A DNA stretch of 64,000 bases from Octopus sinensis (lineage: Eukaryota): contig NC_043015.1 in NCBI RefSeq assembly GCF_006345805.1, forward strand, positions 35,278,001 through 35,342,000, written 5' to 3'. Positions 11,207 to 25,357 of this stretch are shown one piece after another (positions within the stretch are counted from its first letter, which is position 1; each line of letters begins with the position of its first letter). Under the pieces are notes generated by a model. The model ran no database searches, was not told the DNA's origin, and saw only the letters and a program-made list of their open reading frames with translations. The translations under genes and the position numbers were made by a program.

Positions 11207-11462
11207 TGTAGGGTGTGCGCGATACGAATATAAAGGCACCTACCTTCTCTTCCTCGTGATGGAGACCTTTCGGTGGTAACGGATCCTTCGACAGCCCTGA
11301 TCCGAACACTAATGATAGCTGCTGCTGCACCCAACCTAGCGACGTCTTCCCACGTCCTCACACCTCGATGACCCTCGTTCGAAAGGCCGAATGCCCGGTC
11401 TGCACGCGCCTGCCGGCTGCCCCCTTCCGCTCAACTCACCCAGCTGCTGACGTCATCCCACA
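11207..11462 (-). repeat. Gypsy 5' LTR (256 bp, TG...CA)
   Basis: On the minus strand it begins TGTGGGATG and ends CCCTACA. Near-identical to 7254-7683. Confidence 0.9.
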
Positions 11463-12179
11463 GTCTCCTAAATCACTCTTCAGATGAGCAATCTTAATCT
11501 CGTGGGCTCATGGGTTCTGATGCTACATAAAAAGCACATGTGCTACTGTCACATGAAAACATCCAACGACAGTACTGCATAAAAGCATCCAGTACACTCT
11601 TTAAAGTGGTTTGTAAGGGCATCTAGTCATAGAAATCATAGCAAAACAGGCAACCAGAGCTTGAACAGATACTCCAGCTGGCCAGCTCCTCCTGTCAAAC
11701 CATCCAATCCATGCCAGCATGGAAAATAGATGATGATGATGATGATGATGATGATGTGCAATACTACTCTACTTCAAGACAAACATTTGCACAAGTCTTC
11801 TTTCCAGAGTCTATTACCTCACTCTTGCCAATGAGTCCAAAACTTGAGAACAGCCACAATCAATGTAAGCACAATGGAAAGTAGGTTTGGAGAGAAATGC
11901 CACTGCTGGGTGCAAGAGGTGACATGAGGTGAGCCTCAATCAGAATTTGCACAAATGAGGAACAAAGATATAACATATTCTGAGTGAGCAACAGTGATAG
12001 TGTGGGAGGTGTTAGCATAATCTTGGCAGAGAAATGGATAGATAAAGTGGAAATTTTACCGGTGAGTTTGTTACATTATAAGGCACAAAAAGAAAATGAC
12101 TCTCCCCAGACACAACAGAATATGCTTCAACACACGAACTCATATAAAGAATCTTGCAAACCAAATCCAAAAACGAAAT

Positions 12180-12198
12180 ATATATATATACTTATATA

Positions 12199-12230
<32 letters not shown>

Positions 12231-12433
12231 CATACATATATACATATACATATACACATATACATATACACATATACACATACACATATACACATATACA
12301 TATACACATATACATATACACATATACATATACACATATACATATATACATATACATATATACATATACATATATACATATACATATATACATATACATA
12401 TATACATATACATATATATATATATACATATAC

Positions 12434-12465
<32 letters not shown>

Positions 12466-12720
12466 ATATATATACATATACATATACATATATACACATA
12501 TACATATACATATATACATATACACATATACATATACATATATACATATACACATATACATATACATATATACATATACACATATACATATACATATATA
12601 CATATACACATATACACATATACATATATACATATACATATACATATATATACATATACACATATACATATACATATACATATATATATATATACATATA
12701 CATATATATATATATACATA
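12180..12720. repeat. (TA)n/(TACATA)n compound microsatellite
   Basis: Direct reading of the sequence. Confidence 0.97.
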
Positions 12721-12774
12721 TATTTGGCGGGGCTGCAGTCAAATGACTGAGGCAGGTAAAATGGTAAGGGGGTG

Positions 12775-12796
<22 letters not shown>

Positions 12797-12805
<9 letters not shown>

Positions 12806-13057
12806 GAACAAAGCAACAGGAATGGATCAATGTTTCGGTGCAATTGTTTCATATGAAGACAGCTTTGTTGGGGCTGCAAATATTGCAGTAAATATAAGTG
12901 ACCCCTTAGATGTTTGGAGAACTCAGATGTTTTTTCGGCTGATGAGTACGGGTCACTTATATTAACTGCAATATTTGCAGCCTTAATAAGGCTGTCTCGT
13001 ACGAAGCGCAATTGGGCCGAAATATGATCCATTCTAGTTGCTTTGTTCTTATTTATA
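12797..13057. repeat. Fold-back element: arms 12797-12904 and 12950-13057, 45-nt loop
   Basis: TATAAATAAGAACAAAGCAAC...GCTGCAAATATTGCAGTAAATATAAGTGACCC is mirrored by GGGTCACTTATATTAACTGCAATATTTGCAGC...GTTGCTTTGTTCTTATTTATA. Confidence 0.9.
12933..13022 (+). ncRNA. Degenerate type I hammerhead ribozyme-like motif with long stem II
   Basis: Stem I TTTCGG/CCGAAA, core CTGATGA, stem II GTACG/CGTAC, then GAA and a stem III region containing the palindrome CAATTG. The A15.1, U16.1 and H17 positions are non-canonical. Confidence 0.5.
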
Positions 13058-13189
13058 ATCACCCCCGCATTATCTTATAGTTAACACCATATAGATTTCT
13101 GGTGCATCTAAGTTAGTACCGCATTCATGTGAATTCAACAGAACTCACTTGAATCTTAATAGCTTTTTACTATATATATAATATATATA

Positions 13190-15596
13190 CCTACCCAAAG
13201 ACAAGCTACTTAGCCAAAGACAAGCCCCTATAACCTGGCTTTGTTGATATGGAGAAAGCCTTCGACAGGGCCCCCGATCCCTCATCGGTGGTCAATGAGG
13301 AAACTAGGGATAGATGAATGGTTAGTGAAAGCTGTACACGCCATGTACAGAGACGCTGCTAGTAAGGGAGGGTTGGCACGAGTACATGAAGAATTCAGGG
13401 TAGCGGTTGGGGTCCACCAAGGTTCAGTCCCCTCCTATTTATCATAGTTCCTCCAGGCAATAAAACGGAGGAAAACGGAGGAATTCCATACAGGATGCCC
13501 CTGGGAGCTCCTCTATGCTGATGACCTTGCTCTAATGCTGAGTCTCTATCCAGAACTAGAGGAGAAGTTTCAGGTATGGAAAAATGTTTAGAATCGAAGG
13601 GCCTTAGAATCACCTAGCCAAACCCAAAGTCCTAATAGTAGGAAGGTAGAACCAATCCAAAGCCTTCAGGTAGATGGCCCTGCTCGATCTGTAGCAAAGG
13701 TGTAGGTAGAACTCTATAAGATGCACCAAGTGTAAGCTATGGACACATAAGAGGTGCCAGCAATGGTCAAAGGAAGGCTAACTAGGAAGATGGTTTTGTA
13801 TGTGGCAGATGCTCAGGAACAATTAACACAATGCTCTGAGACCAACTTCCGTCACTTTCCAGGGAGGAGAAAGCTAGTAGAGTAGTTGATAGTTTCCGTA
13901 ACTAGGTGCCAAGTCCAAAGTTCAGAGAGCTCTTACCCCTGCTGGTGACAAAAGGCCTCTCGCTCAAAAGTAAAAGGCAGACTGTATGATGCATGTGTAC
14001 GTACAGCCATGCTACATGTAGTGAACTGGGCCGTGACTGCTGAGGATTGGCGTAAGCTCGCAAGAAACTAAGCTAGTATGCTCCGATGGATGTGTACGTC
14101 AGTGTTCATATCGAGGAGTGTAAGTACCTGAGAGAAAAGTTGAACTACAAAAGCATCAGTTGTTGTGTGCACGAGAGACGTATGCGCTGGTATGGTCATG
14201 TGATGAGAATGCTGAAGATAGTTGTGTGCGAAAGTCCCACACCCTGGCGTTGAGGGGACCTGTGGAAGAGGTAGACCCAGGAAAACCTGGGTCGAGGCGG
14301 TGAAGCAAGACCTTCGACCTTAGGTCTCACCAGGAACTGACCAGTGACGAGCCTTGGAGGTATGCTGTGGGTAGAAAAACTCGGCAAGACCAGTGACGAA
14401 AACAGTCAAAAAATCAAGATCCATAAAGAAAGTGAGGTCGATCATACATCAGGGCCCCCGTGCGGGTGACACGTAAAAGTACAATCCGTTCGTAGCAGTT
14501 GCCAGAACGGACGGGGCCCCCGTGTCGGTGGCCCGTTAAAGCACCATCGTTTTGTGTTCGTGCCAGCTGGCCTGGCCCCGTGCCGGTGACACGTAAAAGC
14601 ACCATCGTTTGTGGCGTTTGCCAGTCTCTGTCTGGCCCAGTGCCGGTGACAGTAAGTAAAAGCACCATCCGTTCGTGGCGTTTGCCAGTCTGTTGGCCCC
14701 CGTGTCGGTGAATAAAAAGCACCACGTTAGTGGCCGTTTGCCAGACGTGCTGGCCCCCTGTCGGTGACATGTAAAAGCCCATCCGTGTGCCAGGTTGCCA
14801 GCCCTCCCGTTTGGCCCTGTCCGGTGACGTAAAGCACCCTCGTTCGTGTCCGTTCGGTGACATGTAAAAGCACCATCCGTCGTGTCCGTTGCCAGCCTCG
14901 CCTGGCCTCCGTGCCGGTGACACGTAAAAGCACCATCCGTTCGTGGCCGTTTGCCAGCCCTGTCTGGCCCCCGTGTCAGTGGCATGTAAAAGCACCATCC
15001 GTTCGTGCCCGTTGCCAGCCTCGCCTAGCCCCCATGCCGGTGACACGTAAAAGCACCATCCGTTCGTGTCCGTTGCCAGCCTCGCCTGGCCCCCGTGCCG
15101 GTGACACGTAAAAGCACCATCCGTTCGTGGCCGTTTGTCAGCCCTGTCTGGCCCCCGTGTCGGTGGCATGTAAAAGCACCATCCGTTCGTGCCCGTTGCC
15201 AGCCTCGCCTAGCCCCCGTGCCGGTGACACGTAAAAGCACCATCCTTTTTGTGGCCGTTTGCCAGCTCTGTCTGGCCCCCGTGTTGGTGGCACGTAAAAG
15301 CACCATCCGTTCGTGTCCGTTGCCAGCCTCGCCTGGCCCCGTGCCGGTGACACGTAAAAGCACCATCCGTTCGTGGCCGTTTGCCAGCTCTGTCTGGCAC
15401 CTGTGCAGGTGGCACGTAAAAAGCACCCACTACACTCACGGAGTGGTTGGCGTTAGGAAGGGCATCCAGCCGTAGAAACACTGCCAGATCTGACTGGGCC
15501 TGATGAAGCCTTCCAGCTTCACAGACCCCAGTTTAACCGTCCAACCCATGCTAGCATGGAGAACGGACGCTAAAGATGATGATGATGATGATGATG
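13190..15596 (+). mobile_element. 5'-truncated RTE LINE with a long 3' UTR carrying a 60-mer tandem array and a (GAT)n tail
   Basis: AFVDMEKAFDR, GVHQGS, LLYADDL and GRPRKTW remnants with many indels. Tail GTGGTTGGCGTTAGGAAGGGCATCCAGC...GATGATGATG. Confidence 0.85.
14450..15425 (+). repeat. Tandem array of about 16 units of 60-62 bp, alternating two subtypes
   Basis: Unit resembles CCCGTGCCGGTGACACGTAAAAGCACCATCCGTTCGTGGCCGTTTGCCAGCTCTGTCTGGC. Confidence 0.92.
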
Positions 15597-15753
15597 TATA
15601 TATATATATAACATATACTATATATATATATACATATATATACATATACATATATATACATATACATATATATACATATACATACATATACATATATTAC
15701 ATATACATATATAATATATACATATATATACATATACATATATACATATATAC

Positions 15754-15805
<52 letters not shown>

Positions 15806-15948
15806 ATACATATAACATATATATATACATACATATACATACATATATAAATATATATCTATACATATGTACATATATATATACATATATATATACATAC
15901 ATATATATATAATTATATATACATACATATATATACATATATATATAC

Positions 15949-16013
<65 letters not shown>

Positions 16014-16055
16014 CATATATAATACATATATATACATATATATACATATATAACA

Positions 16056-16087
<32 letters not shown>

Positions 16088-16135
16088 CATATATACATAT
16101 ATATATATACATATATAATATATACATATATATAC

Positions 16136-16166
<31 letters not shown>

Positions 16167-16369
16167 CATCATATATATATATATACATATATATACATAC
16201 ATATATATATATATACATACATATATATACATATATATACATACATATATATATATACTACATATATATATATACATATATATACATATAACATATAATA
16301 TATATATACATATAATTATTATACATATATATAATATACATATATATATATATACATATATATATAGAC

Positions 16370-16400
<31 letters not shown>

Positions 16401-16430
16401 CATATATATATATACATATATAATATATAC

Positions 16431-16461
<31 letters not shown>

Positions 16462-16477
16462 CAATATATATATATAC

Positions 16478-16508
<31 letters not shown>

Positions 16509-16575
16509 CACATATATATATACACATATATATATACACATATATAATATACATATATACATATACATATATACT
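15597..16575. repeat. (TA)n/(TACA) microsatellite array
   Basis: Direct reading of the sequence. Confidence 0.97.
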
Positions 16576-19500
16576 TTGATACTTTGATAGGTTTCGGCCA
16601 TTATTGGCCCAGGCCATGTCTAACTTAATAGCACACCTGGTGAAGTCTTTCAAGTCAGAATTTGGGCACTATGGCCCAGCCCACTCAAGTAGAGAGTTTT
16701 GTTACAGAGACATATCCGGGTGTAGGGGGTTTATCCGGGATTTCTTGAAGGAATCTGTCCAAAGACTTTGAACCCTATAGGGTCATTTTCTGTTTTAATG
16801 TGTTTTGGTGTAATGTTAAAGAGAGCGGGGCCAATTGAGGTGAAATAATTGTGCCGTATTGTTGTTATGAGATAAGAGTGCGATTTTTGTTTTGGGCGGA
16901 TGTCACGGGGCCCAAGCCTTGGATGTACCTTAAAGGTGATGCCAACATCATTTGGGCAATGCTGATGGAATATTTTCCACATCATGCAGATGATGTAGCG
17001 CTCACGACGACGTTGGAGAGAATAGAGTTTTAGCTTTTCTAGTCGACCCCAATAGTTGAGGCCTGTCATGCCATCTATCTTTTTTGTGATTGCCCTTTGA
17101 GGTGCTTCAACTTTTATGATACCTTGTATTGTGTGGGGAGACCACAGTGGACAACAGTATTCAAGGTGGGGTCGGGCAAAAGTGGAGAAGAGAAGGATAA
17201 TGGTGTGGATATCTCTCGACTGGAAAGTTCTGAGAATCCAGGAACACATTCTGCGGGCCATGTCAACTTTGGTGTTTATATGAGTGGCCCAGCTTACGTT
17301 GTTGTCCACAATTACTCCCAAGTCTCTGATGTTGTTGGATGCCGCGAGAGTTTCACCTGAAGGAAGGGAGTATGGGAGTTTCAGGGCATCCTCTTTTCCA
17401 AAGTGGATTAGCTCAAATTTATCCTCGTTCAGCAGCATATTGTTTTTTTCTGCCCATTGGATAACAGCCAGTAGATCTGACTGAAGGCATGTCCGGTCAC
17501 TCGCCTCATTTATGACCTTCTGTAGCTTGGAGTCATCTGCAAAGATTTTTATGTTGCTGTGCTTGATGATGTCATTAATGTCATTAATGTAAATGATGAA
17601 AAGAAGTGGGCCCAGCACAGTGCCTTGCGGAACGCCACTACTGACTTTGGCTGGGCTTGATTTTACCCCTTCAACTACACATGTTGAGATCTGTCTGTCA
17701 GGAAACACTTAATCCATTTCAGTAACTTTCCAGAGACACCAATGTTGGATAGTTTTTTCAATAGGATCTTGTGATCGACCCTGTCGAAGGCCTTACTGAA
17801 ATCAAGGTAGATGACATCGGTGTTGGAGCCCTCTCCCAAAGCTCTCAAAATGTCCTCAAAGTGATGCAGGAGCTGCGTTAGGCAGTCCCTTCCATTACGG
17901 AACCCATGTTGGTTGGAGATCAGCCGTCTGTTGCTTTCCAGAAATTGGGTTATTCGAGATCTCACCACCCTCTCAAATACCTTGATGATATGAGAGGTGA
18001 GTGAGATCGGACGGTAATTCACTGCAAGGGACTTGTTTCCCTTTTTGAAAACTGGGACAACAGACTGGGACAGAAGGTTTTTTGGAAATAGCCAGCATCC
18101 AGTGAGTTTCTCCACAGATTAGCAAGGGGAGATGCAAGTTGGTGTCGACACACCTTCAGGACACAAGCAGGGAACCTATCGGGGCCTACTGCTGAATTGT
18201 GTTTTATTTCGTTTATCCGCGCTAAGACATCAGGGGCACTAAACGTTATGTCCGATATAGTGTGTTGGGGGTTGACATCACTGATACAGCCCAGATCGGC
18301 CATATCAGGATTGCTGAAAACAGAGCAGTATTGTTTCTGCAGTATCTCGGCCATGGATTTGGCATTATCTTGGAGAGTGCCAGTTTCGTCAATTAGAGGG
18401 CCTACAGTGGAGACAGTGACCCTGCGTTTCCTCGCAAATGAAAAGAACACTTTGGGTTGAGTTTGATTTTTCTATGGCCCACTTCTCCTCAGCTGATCTT
18501 TGGTTATTGATGAGGGTCTTCATGCATTGTTGGAGGTTATATGTTTTGGATTCAAGCAGTGCGATAGCCGTCGAATGTGGTGTGTGCTGTTGGCAGCAGT
18601 ACTTTAGTTTGTTAATTTTTTTGTTTGTTCTTTTTATTTTTCTGATAATGGTTTTTCTGTTTTGGGGGATTCTGCACTTTTTGTTCACAGGTTGGTGGGG
18701 AGTGTTTTGCACATATGTCTGTGACGGTGTCTACAAAGATCTGCCAAGATGTTTTATGGTTGGTGGAGATGTGTGTATGTGTAAAGGACCAGTCAACATT
18801 TGATAGCTCGTTCCTGATTGCATCCCAGTTGGCTTTATGGAGATCCATGTTGTCAAATGGGTGGGCTGGAGGAAGGTCACTAGGATTAGCTTTCGGCTGG
18901 TGGAATTCATGTTACAGAGAACCATGTCATGGTCTGAAAGAAGGATTTTTCCACTGTAACGTTATGTATAGTGTTAGTGTGGTTACTAAACACTAGGTCC
19001 AAAATGTTCTGATGTCTTGTTGGTGCAAGGACAAGTTGGGACAAGAAAAAACTCATTCGTAAAGTCGGAAAAGTGACTCTGCTGCTTCTTTGTCAGCGGT
19101 TGAGGGAGGGGAGTGTGCTTGGTTTCAAACAGTTGTAGTCCAATCAACACAGGGTAGATTGAAGTCTCCCATCATGAGTATGTTGCTAGAATGGCACTGT
19201 TGAATAAAGCACTTAATGCTGTTGAGGCATTCTTTAAAGCACAGTATGGGTGTTTGGGGCGGCCTATAGAGCCCAATTACTGTCAGGTCATTGGCTTTGT
19301 TGTGCACGGTGACTGATTCACAGTAGCCGTTGGAGATATAATTTCCATCTGCCGTAAATGAATCATGCAGGAAAATGGCAGTTCCACCCTTCCTCCTGCC
19401 GATACGATCCGCGCAGATGGTTGTGAAATTCTTCACTCTCACTTCGGCTTCCAAGTGGGAGTTGTCAAGGTGGGTCTCAGTGAGAATGAAGAAAGGGACG

Positions 19501-19772
19501 TGGTGTGAATGGTTACCAACCCAGTCTTCAATGAATTGGACCTTCCATTTTTGTGCATTGATAGAAGGGCTGACACCTTGTGCATTGAGTAGGAATGTGG
19601 AGGTTAGTGTAGTGGCTGGTTTTGACTGTTGCAGGGGGCTTGGATTTTTTGTGTGTGTTAGGGCAGCAATGTGGGGAATGTGGGGAATTGGTGCACTGGG
19701 GTGGGATAGCATAGCAGGATGGTGTTGAGTGATGGCTAGAATGTTTTTGTGTATCTCTTTTGCCATGTTCAT
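16575..19772 (-). mobile_element. CR1-group LINE with APE endonuclease and RT, frameshifted
   Basis: EN motifs LLNAQG, ILTETHL, GLYRPP, MGDFNLP, SDH. RT motifs [45 protein letters not shown]. Tail (ATCAAAGT)2. Confidence 0.9.
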
Positions 19773-20062
19773 ATATACATATATATATACATAATATATA
19801 TAATATAACATATATACATATAACATATACATATATACATATACATATACATATACAATATACATATACACATATACATATATACATATACACATATACA
19901 TATATACATATACATATATACATATACATATATACATATACATATATACATATACATATATACATATACATATATATATATATACATATATATATTTACA
20001 TATATATATATATACATATATATATTTACATATATATATATACATATATATATTTACATATA

Positions 20063-20138
<76 letters not shown>

Positions 20139-20181
20139 CATACATACATATATATACATACATATATACATACATATATAC

Positions 20182-20212
<31 letters not shown>

Positions 20213-20473
20213 CATATACATACATACATATATATACATACATACATTATATACATACATATACATATATATACATACATATACATATATATACATACAT
20301 ATACATACATATATATACATATATATACATACATATATATACATATATATATATACATACATATACATATATATATATACATATATATACATATATATAT
20401 ATACATATATATACATATATATATATACATATATATATATACATATATATATACATATATATATATACATATA

Positions 20474-20521
<48 letters not shown>

Positions 20522-21590
20522 CATACATATACATACATATACATACACATAATACATACACATATATACATTCACATATACATACAATATATTACATATA
20601 TCATTACCTATATATACACATTATATACACATATATTACACATATATATACACATATATATATAACATATATATGACACATATATATATACACATATATA
20701 TATACACATATATATATACACATATATATATTATACATACATATATATATACATATATATATACACATATATATATACACATTATATATACACATATATA
20801 TATACATATATATATATATACATACATATATATATTACATATTATATATACACATATATATTACACATATATATATACACATATATATATACATATATAT
20901 ATACACATATATATATACATATATATATTACACATATATATATACACATTATATATATCTAACATATATATATACAATATATATATATACATATATATAT
21001 ATATACATATATATTATATACATATATATATATTACATATATATATACAACATATATATATACACATATATATTACCTATATATATACACATATATATAC
21101 ACATATATATATACACATATATATATACACATATATATACTAACATTATATATACATATATATATAACATATATATTACACATATTAATATACACAATAT
21201 ATATACATATATATAAACACATATATATATACATATATATATACACATATATATATACACATATATACACATATAATATACATATAATAATATATAAATC
21301 TATATATACATATAATATAAATATATATATATACATATATATATACATATATATATACATATATATATATATACATATATAATATATACATATATACATA
21401 CAATATATATATATATATATAATACATTATATACATATATATACATATATATATATATACATATATATATACATATATATACATATACAATTATACATAT
21501 ATACATATACATACATACATATATATACATAATATACATATACATATATAATACATATATATACATACTATATACATACAATATATACAC

Positions 21591-21656
<66 letters not shown>

Positions 21657-21807
21657 TATATCATATATATACATACATATATATAATACATAACATCTAT
21701 ACATACATATATATATACATACATATAACATACATACATATATATACATATATATACATACAATACATATATATACATAATATATACATACATATACATA
21801 TATATAC

Positions 21808-21840
<33 letters not shown>

Positions 21841-22005
21841 CATATATATACATATATATACATACATATATATACATACAATATATACATACATATATAT
21901 ACATACATATTATACATACATATATATAAGATATATACTACATATAATATATATACATATAATACATAAATATATATACATACATTATTACATACATATA
22001 TATAC
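19773..22005. repeat. 2.2-kb degenerate (TA/TACA) array (CA on the plus strand)
   Basis: Direct reading of the sequence. Confidence 0.97.
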
Positions 22006-24512
22006 ATGGGGCAGATGCTCCCAGGGATGACACACCATCAGCAGGCACAGGTGGAGTCCCTGCTCCATCTCACAAATACCTCTTTCATGGAGCAACAATA
22101 GGATTTATCCATAATGGTAATGTGATGCCGACAATGACTCGGATCACAACGAATAGAGCTGTCTATGTATGGAACAAAAGCCCCCGCAGACACAACAGCC
22201 TATACGAAGCACCCACCATCTCTCCAACGTAAACTTTCATAAAGCCAACTGGAGTCGATTGAGAAAGAGATCCTCAAACAGGATTGCCTGAATGTCCTCT
22301 CCACACCGGACATAAACCGAAACACAAACACTTCATGTCCATAATACAAGCCATTGTGACAAATATGTCCCAATGTGCAGGGCCAGCACACACAAGAATA
22401 AAAACAGGATCCCTAGAGAAAGGAGGATTCTTATGAGACGACGGACAAATTGCAAACCGCCTGAGCAAGCACACCAAAAGTGGTGAGAAGTCTCGGCTCG
22501 AAAGAATGCTAATGGAAATGAGAAAAGTCTACATCAGTCCCATGAAAAGGAGAGAGCAGATAAAGAAGCTTGGGTAATAGAAAATATAAAATCAAACCCT
22601 AAAGCTTCTTTAAGTTTGCCAAAGAGACAGCCACAGTGCACCAGAGAATAGGACCTCTCTTCCAAAAGATGGCTCTCTCACAGGAAATCCACGAGGATAA
22701 GTGAAATACTGAACGAACAGTTCCAAAGTGTGTTCACTACACCTCTAGGACACAGGCAAGTAAACAACCCAGAAGAATTCTTTGCCACTTTACCAGCGCC
22801 AAAGAGACAAAAATTGAGTACATCAACATCGAAGAAGATGATATCACCTAGCCATTGATGAGATTGACACAAACTCAGCTGCTGGACTGTGATGGATCCC
22901 AGCGATCCTTCTCAAATCGTGCAAACGAGCCCTTGCAAAACCGCTACAGCTTCTTTTTTTTCAGAGCTTTCTTGCAAGTGGTAAGCTCCCAGTCAAACTG
23001 AAAGAGGGGGTAATATGCCCTATCCATAAGGGAGGTAGCAGAGCAGATGCTAAAATTATAGGCCTATCTCTCTGACCTCACACATCAGCAAAGTCATGGA
23101 ACGAATAGTCCGTAAGAAAAATCATGTTCCTTGAAGAAAATGACTTACTGTCTGACACCCAGCATGGATTTCGACCAGGTAGAGGCTGCCTAACACAGCT
23201 CCTGCAGCACTATGACTGGGTGTTGAAACAGCTACTAAATGGCTCAAATGTGGATGTAATATATCTTGACTTTGCAAAAGCCTTTGATAAAGTCGACCAT
23301 GGTATGATCTGTCACAAACTGCGTGGTCTCGGCATAGGCGGGAAACTTGGAGAGTGGCTGCACAACTTCCTAAAAGACAGAAAACAGGCAGTTGTGAGCA
23401 ATGGAGCCACCTCCAGGGAAACGCAAATAACAAGCGGTGTCCCACAGGGCACTGTCTTGGGGCCACTGATGTTCATAGTGGCCCTTTCAGACATGCCTTC
23501 AGTTGCTACGATGACCACCCTTGCTAGCTATGCAGATGACACAAAGTCTCCCACGCAATACAGAACCCTGAAAATATTGCGCATCTGCAACATGAGCTGG
23601 ACACAATATACAGTGGGCTGAGGACAACAACATGCAGTTTAATGCAGGTAAGTTCCAGGCCCTGCGCTACTGGCACACAAAGGTAAATGACGTGACTGGA
23701 TACACTGGCCCAGGAAGAATTGCAATCCCTGAGTCAAAATCAGTGCGTGACCTGGGCATTGACATGAGCAATGATGCATCTTTCCAAATGCATATTGCTA
23801 ATCTGGTGATAAAATGCAGACGGCTAGCTGGATGGATTCTCCGAACTTTCAGAACAAGAGAGAAGGAGACACTGATGGTCCTATGGAAAACATTTGTCCT
23901 CAGCCGCTTGGACTACTGCTCCCAACTTTGGTCACCACACAATATAAAACAAACAGCAGAACTCGAAGCAACTCAGAGAAGCTACACAAAGAAAATCGTC
24001 TCAATGCAAATGTCAGCTACTGGGAAAGACTGAAGGTATTAACCTCTTCTCCCTGGAGCGGAGGCGGGAGAGAATATGCAGTAATATACATCTGGAAAAT
24101 CCTGGAGGGTCTATCCCAAACTTTGGCATTCAAAGTTACTCCAACCGCAGAACGGGGCGCCGCTGCGTGGTGCCAAGGATTCCAACATCACCATCAAAAT
24201 ACAGGTCCAGATACTGCAACAGCTTGGGTTTCAGAGGACCACAGCTTTTCAACATCCTCCCTAAATGCCTGAGAGACTTACATGGTGGATGTGGGTTTTT
24301 CTTTAAAACTAAACTGGATCTCTTCTTGTGGAGTCCCAGATGAAACCTACCTCACGACAGGAGACGCGGATGCGGGCAGCAGCATCGAACTCCCTTGTTG
24401 ATCAAGTGCCACGTATCAGAGGTGGATTCACAACTAGTGTGGCTCATTCAGCGGTGGTGCCCCAGCATGGCCGCGGCCTTCGGGCTAAAACATTTTTAAG
24501 GATTTAAGGATT
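22005..24512 (+). mobile_element. 5'-truncated CR1-group LINE
   Basis: [41 protein letters not shown]. 3' end GGTGCCCCAGCATGGCCGCGGCCTTCGGGCT with a (TTTAAGGA)2 tail. Confidence 0.9.
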
Positions 24513-24554
<42 letters not shown>

Positions 24555-24738
24555 TGTTATATATATATATGTATTATATATATATTATATATATGTATAT
24601 ATATAATATATATATATATATGTTATATATATATATATAATATATATTATGAATATATATATATATATTCTATATGTATATATATAATATATATATAATT
24701 GTATAATATATATTATATTAAATATTGTATATAATCTA

Positions 24739-24769
<31 letters not shown>

Positions 24770-24802
24770 GTAATATATATATATATATATGTATATATTA
24801 TA

Positions 24803-24833
<31 letters not shown>

Positions 24834-24909
24834 GTAATATATATATATATTATATATATATATATATAATATATATGTATAATATATAATATATATATGT
24901 ATATGAATG

Positions 24910-24956
<47 letters not shown>

Positions 24957-25091
24957 TATATATAATGATGTATATAATATATATATGTATATATATATAT
25001 ATATGTATATATATTATATATATATATAATTATTGTATATATATATATATATTATAGATATATGTATATATATATATATATTATATGTATG

Positions 25092-25156
<65 letters not shown>

Positions 25157-25246
25157 GTATAGTATATATATATGGATGTATATAATATATATATATTATA
25201 TGTTTGTATATATATATATGATATATAATATATATATGTAAATATG

Positions 25247-25279
<33 letters not shown>

Positions 25280-25325
25280 GTATATATATATGTATATATA
25301 TGTATATATATTATATGTATATATG

Positions 25326-25357
<32 letters not shown>

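Larger units (their letters stand above)
7254..11462 (-). mobile_element. Ty3/Gypsy LTR retrotransposon, near full length but defective
   Basis: Two LTRs, a polypurine tract (AGGGTGGCG) before the 3' LTR, gag with CYRCRQTGHIVRVC knuckle, protease ALVDMGC, RT (VRPVLDFRELN, YIDD), RNase H (WCDASS, NVAELDA) and integrase (HH..CC, LAVDVTHY). Order PR-RT-RH-IN. Confidence 0.95.

Noticed and set aside
7254-11462. Horizontal transfer of the GC-rich Gypsy element
   Set aside because: GC contrast alone is not evidence. It needs a phylogeny and a cross-species search that I cannot run.
14450-15425. CRISPR-like look of a conserved motif alternating with variable sequence
   Set aside because: The intervening segments are homologous to each other, there are no cas genes, and the array sits in a eukaryotic retroposon 3' UTR.
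15500-15530. CTGATGAAGCC (and CTGACGAAGCC at 46920) resembling a hammerhead core
   Set aside because: There is no GAAA after the short stem, and other copies of this tail read CTGGTGCAGCC.
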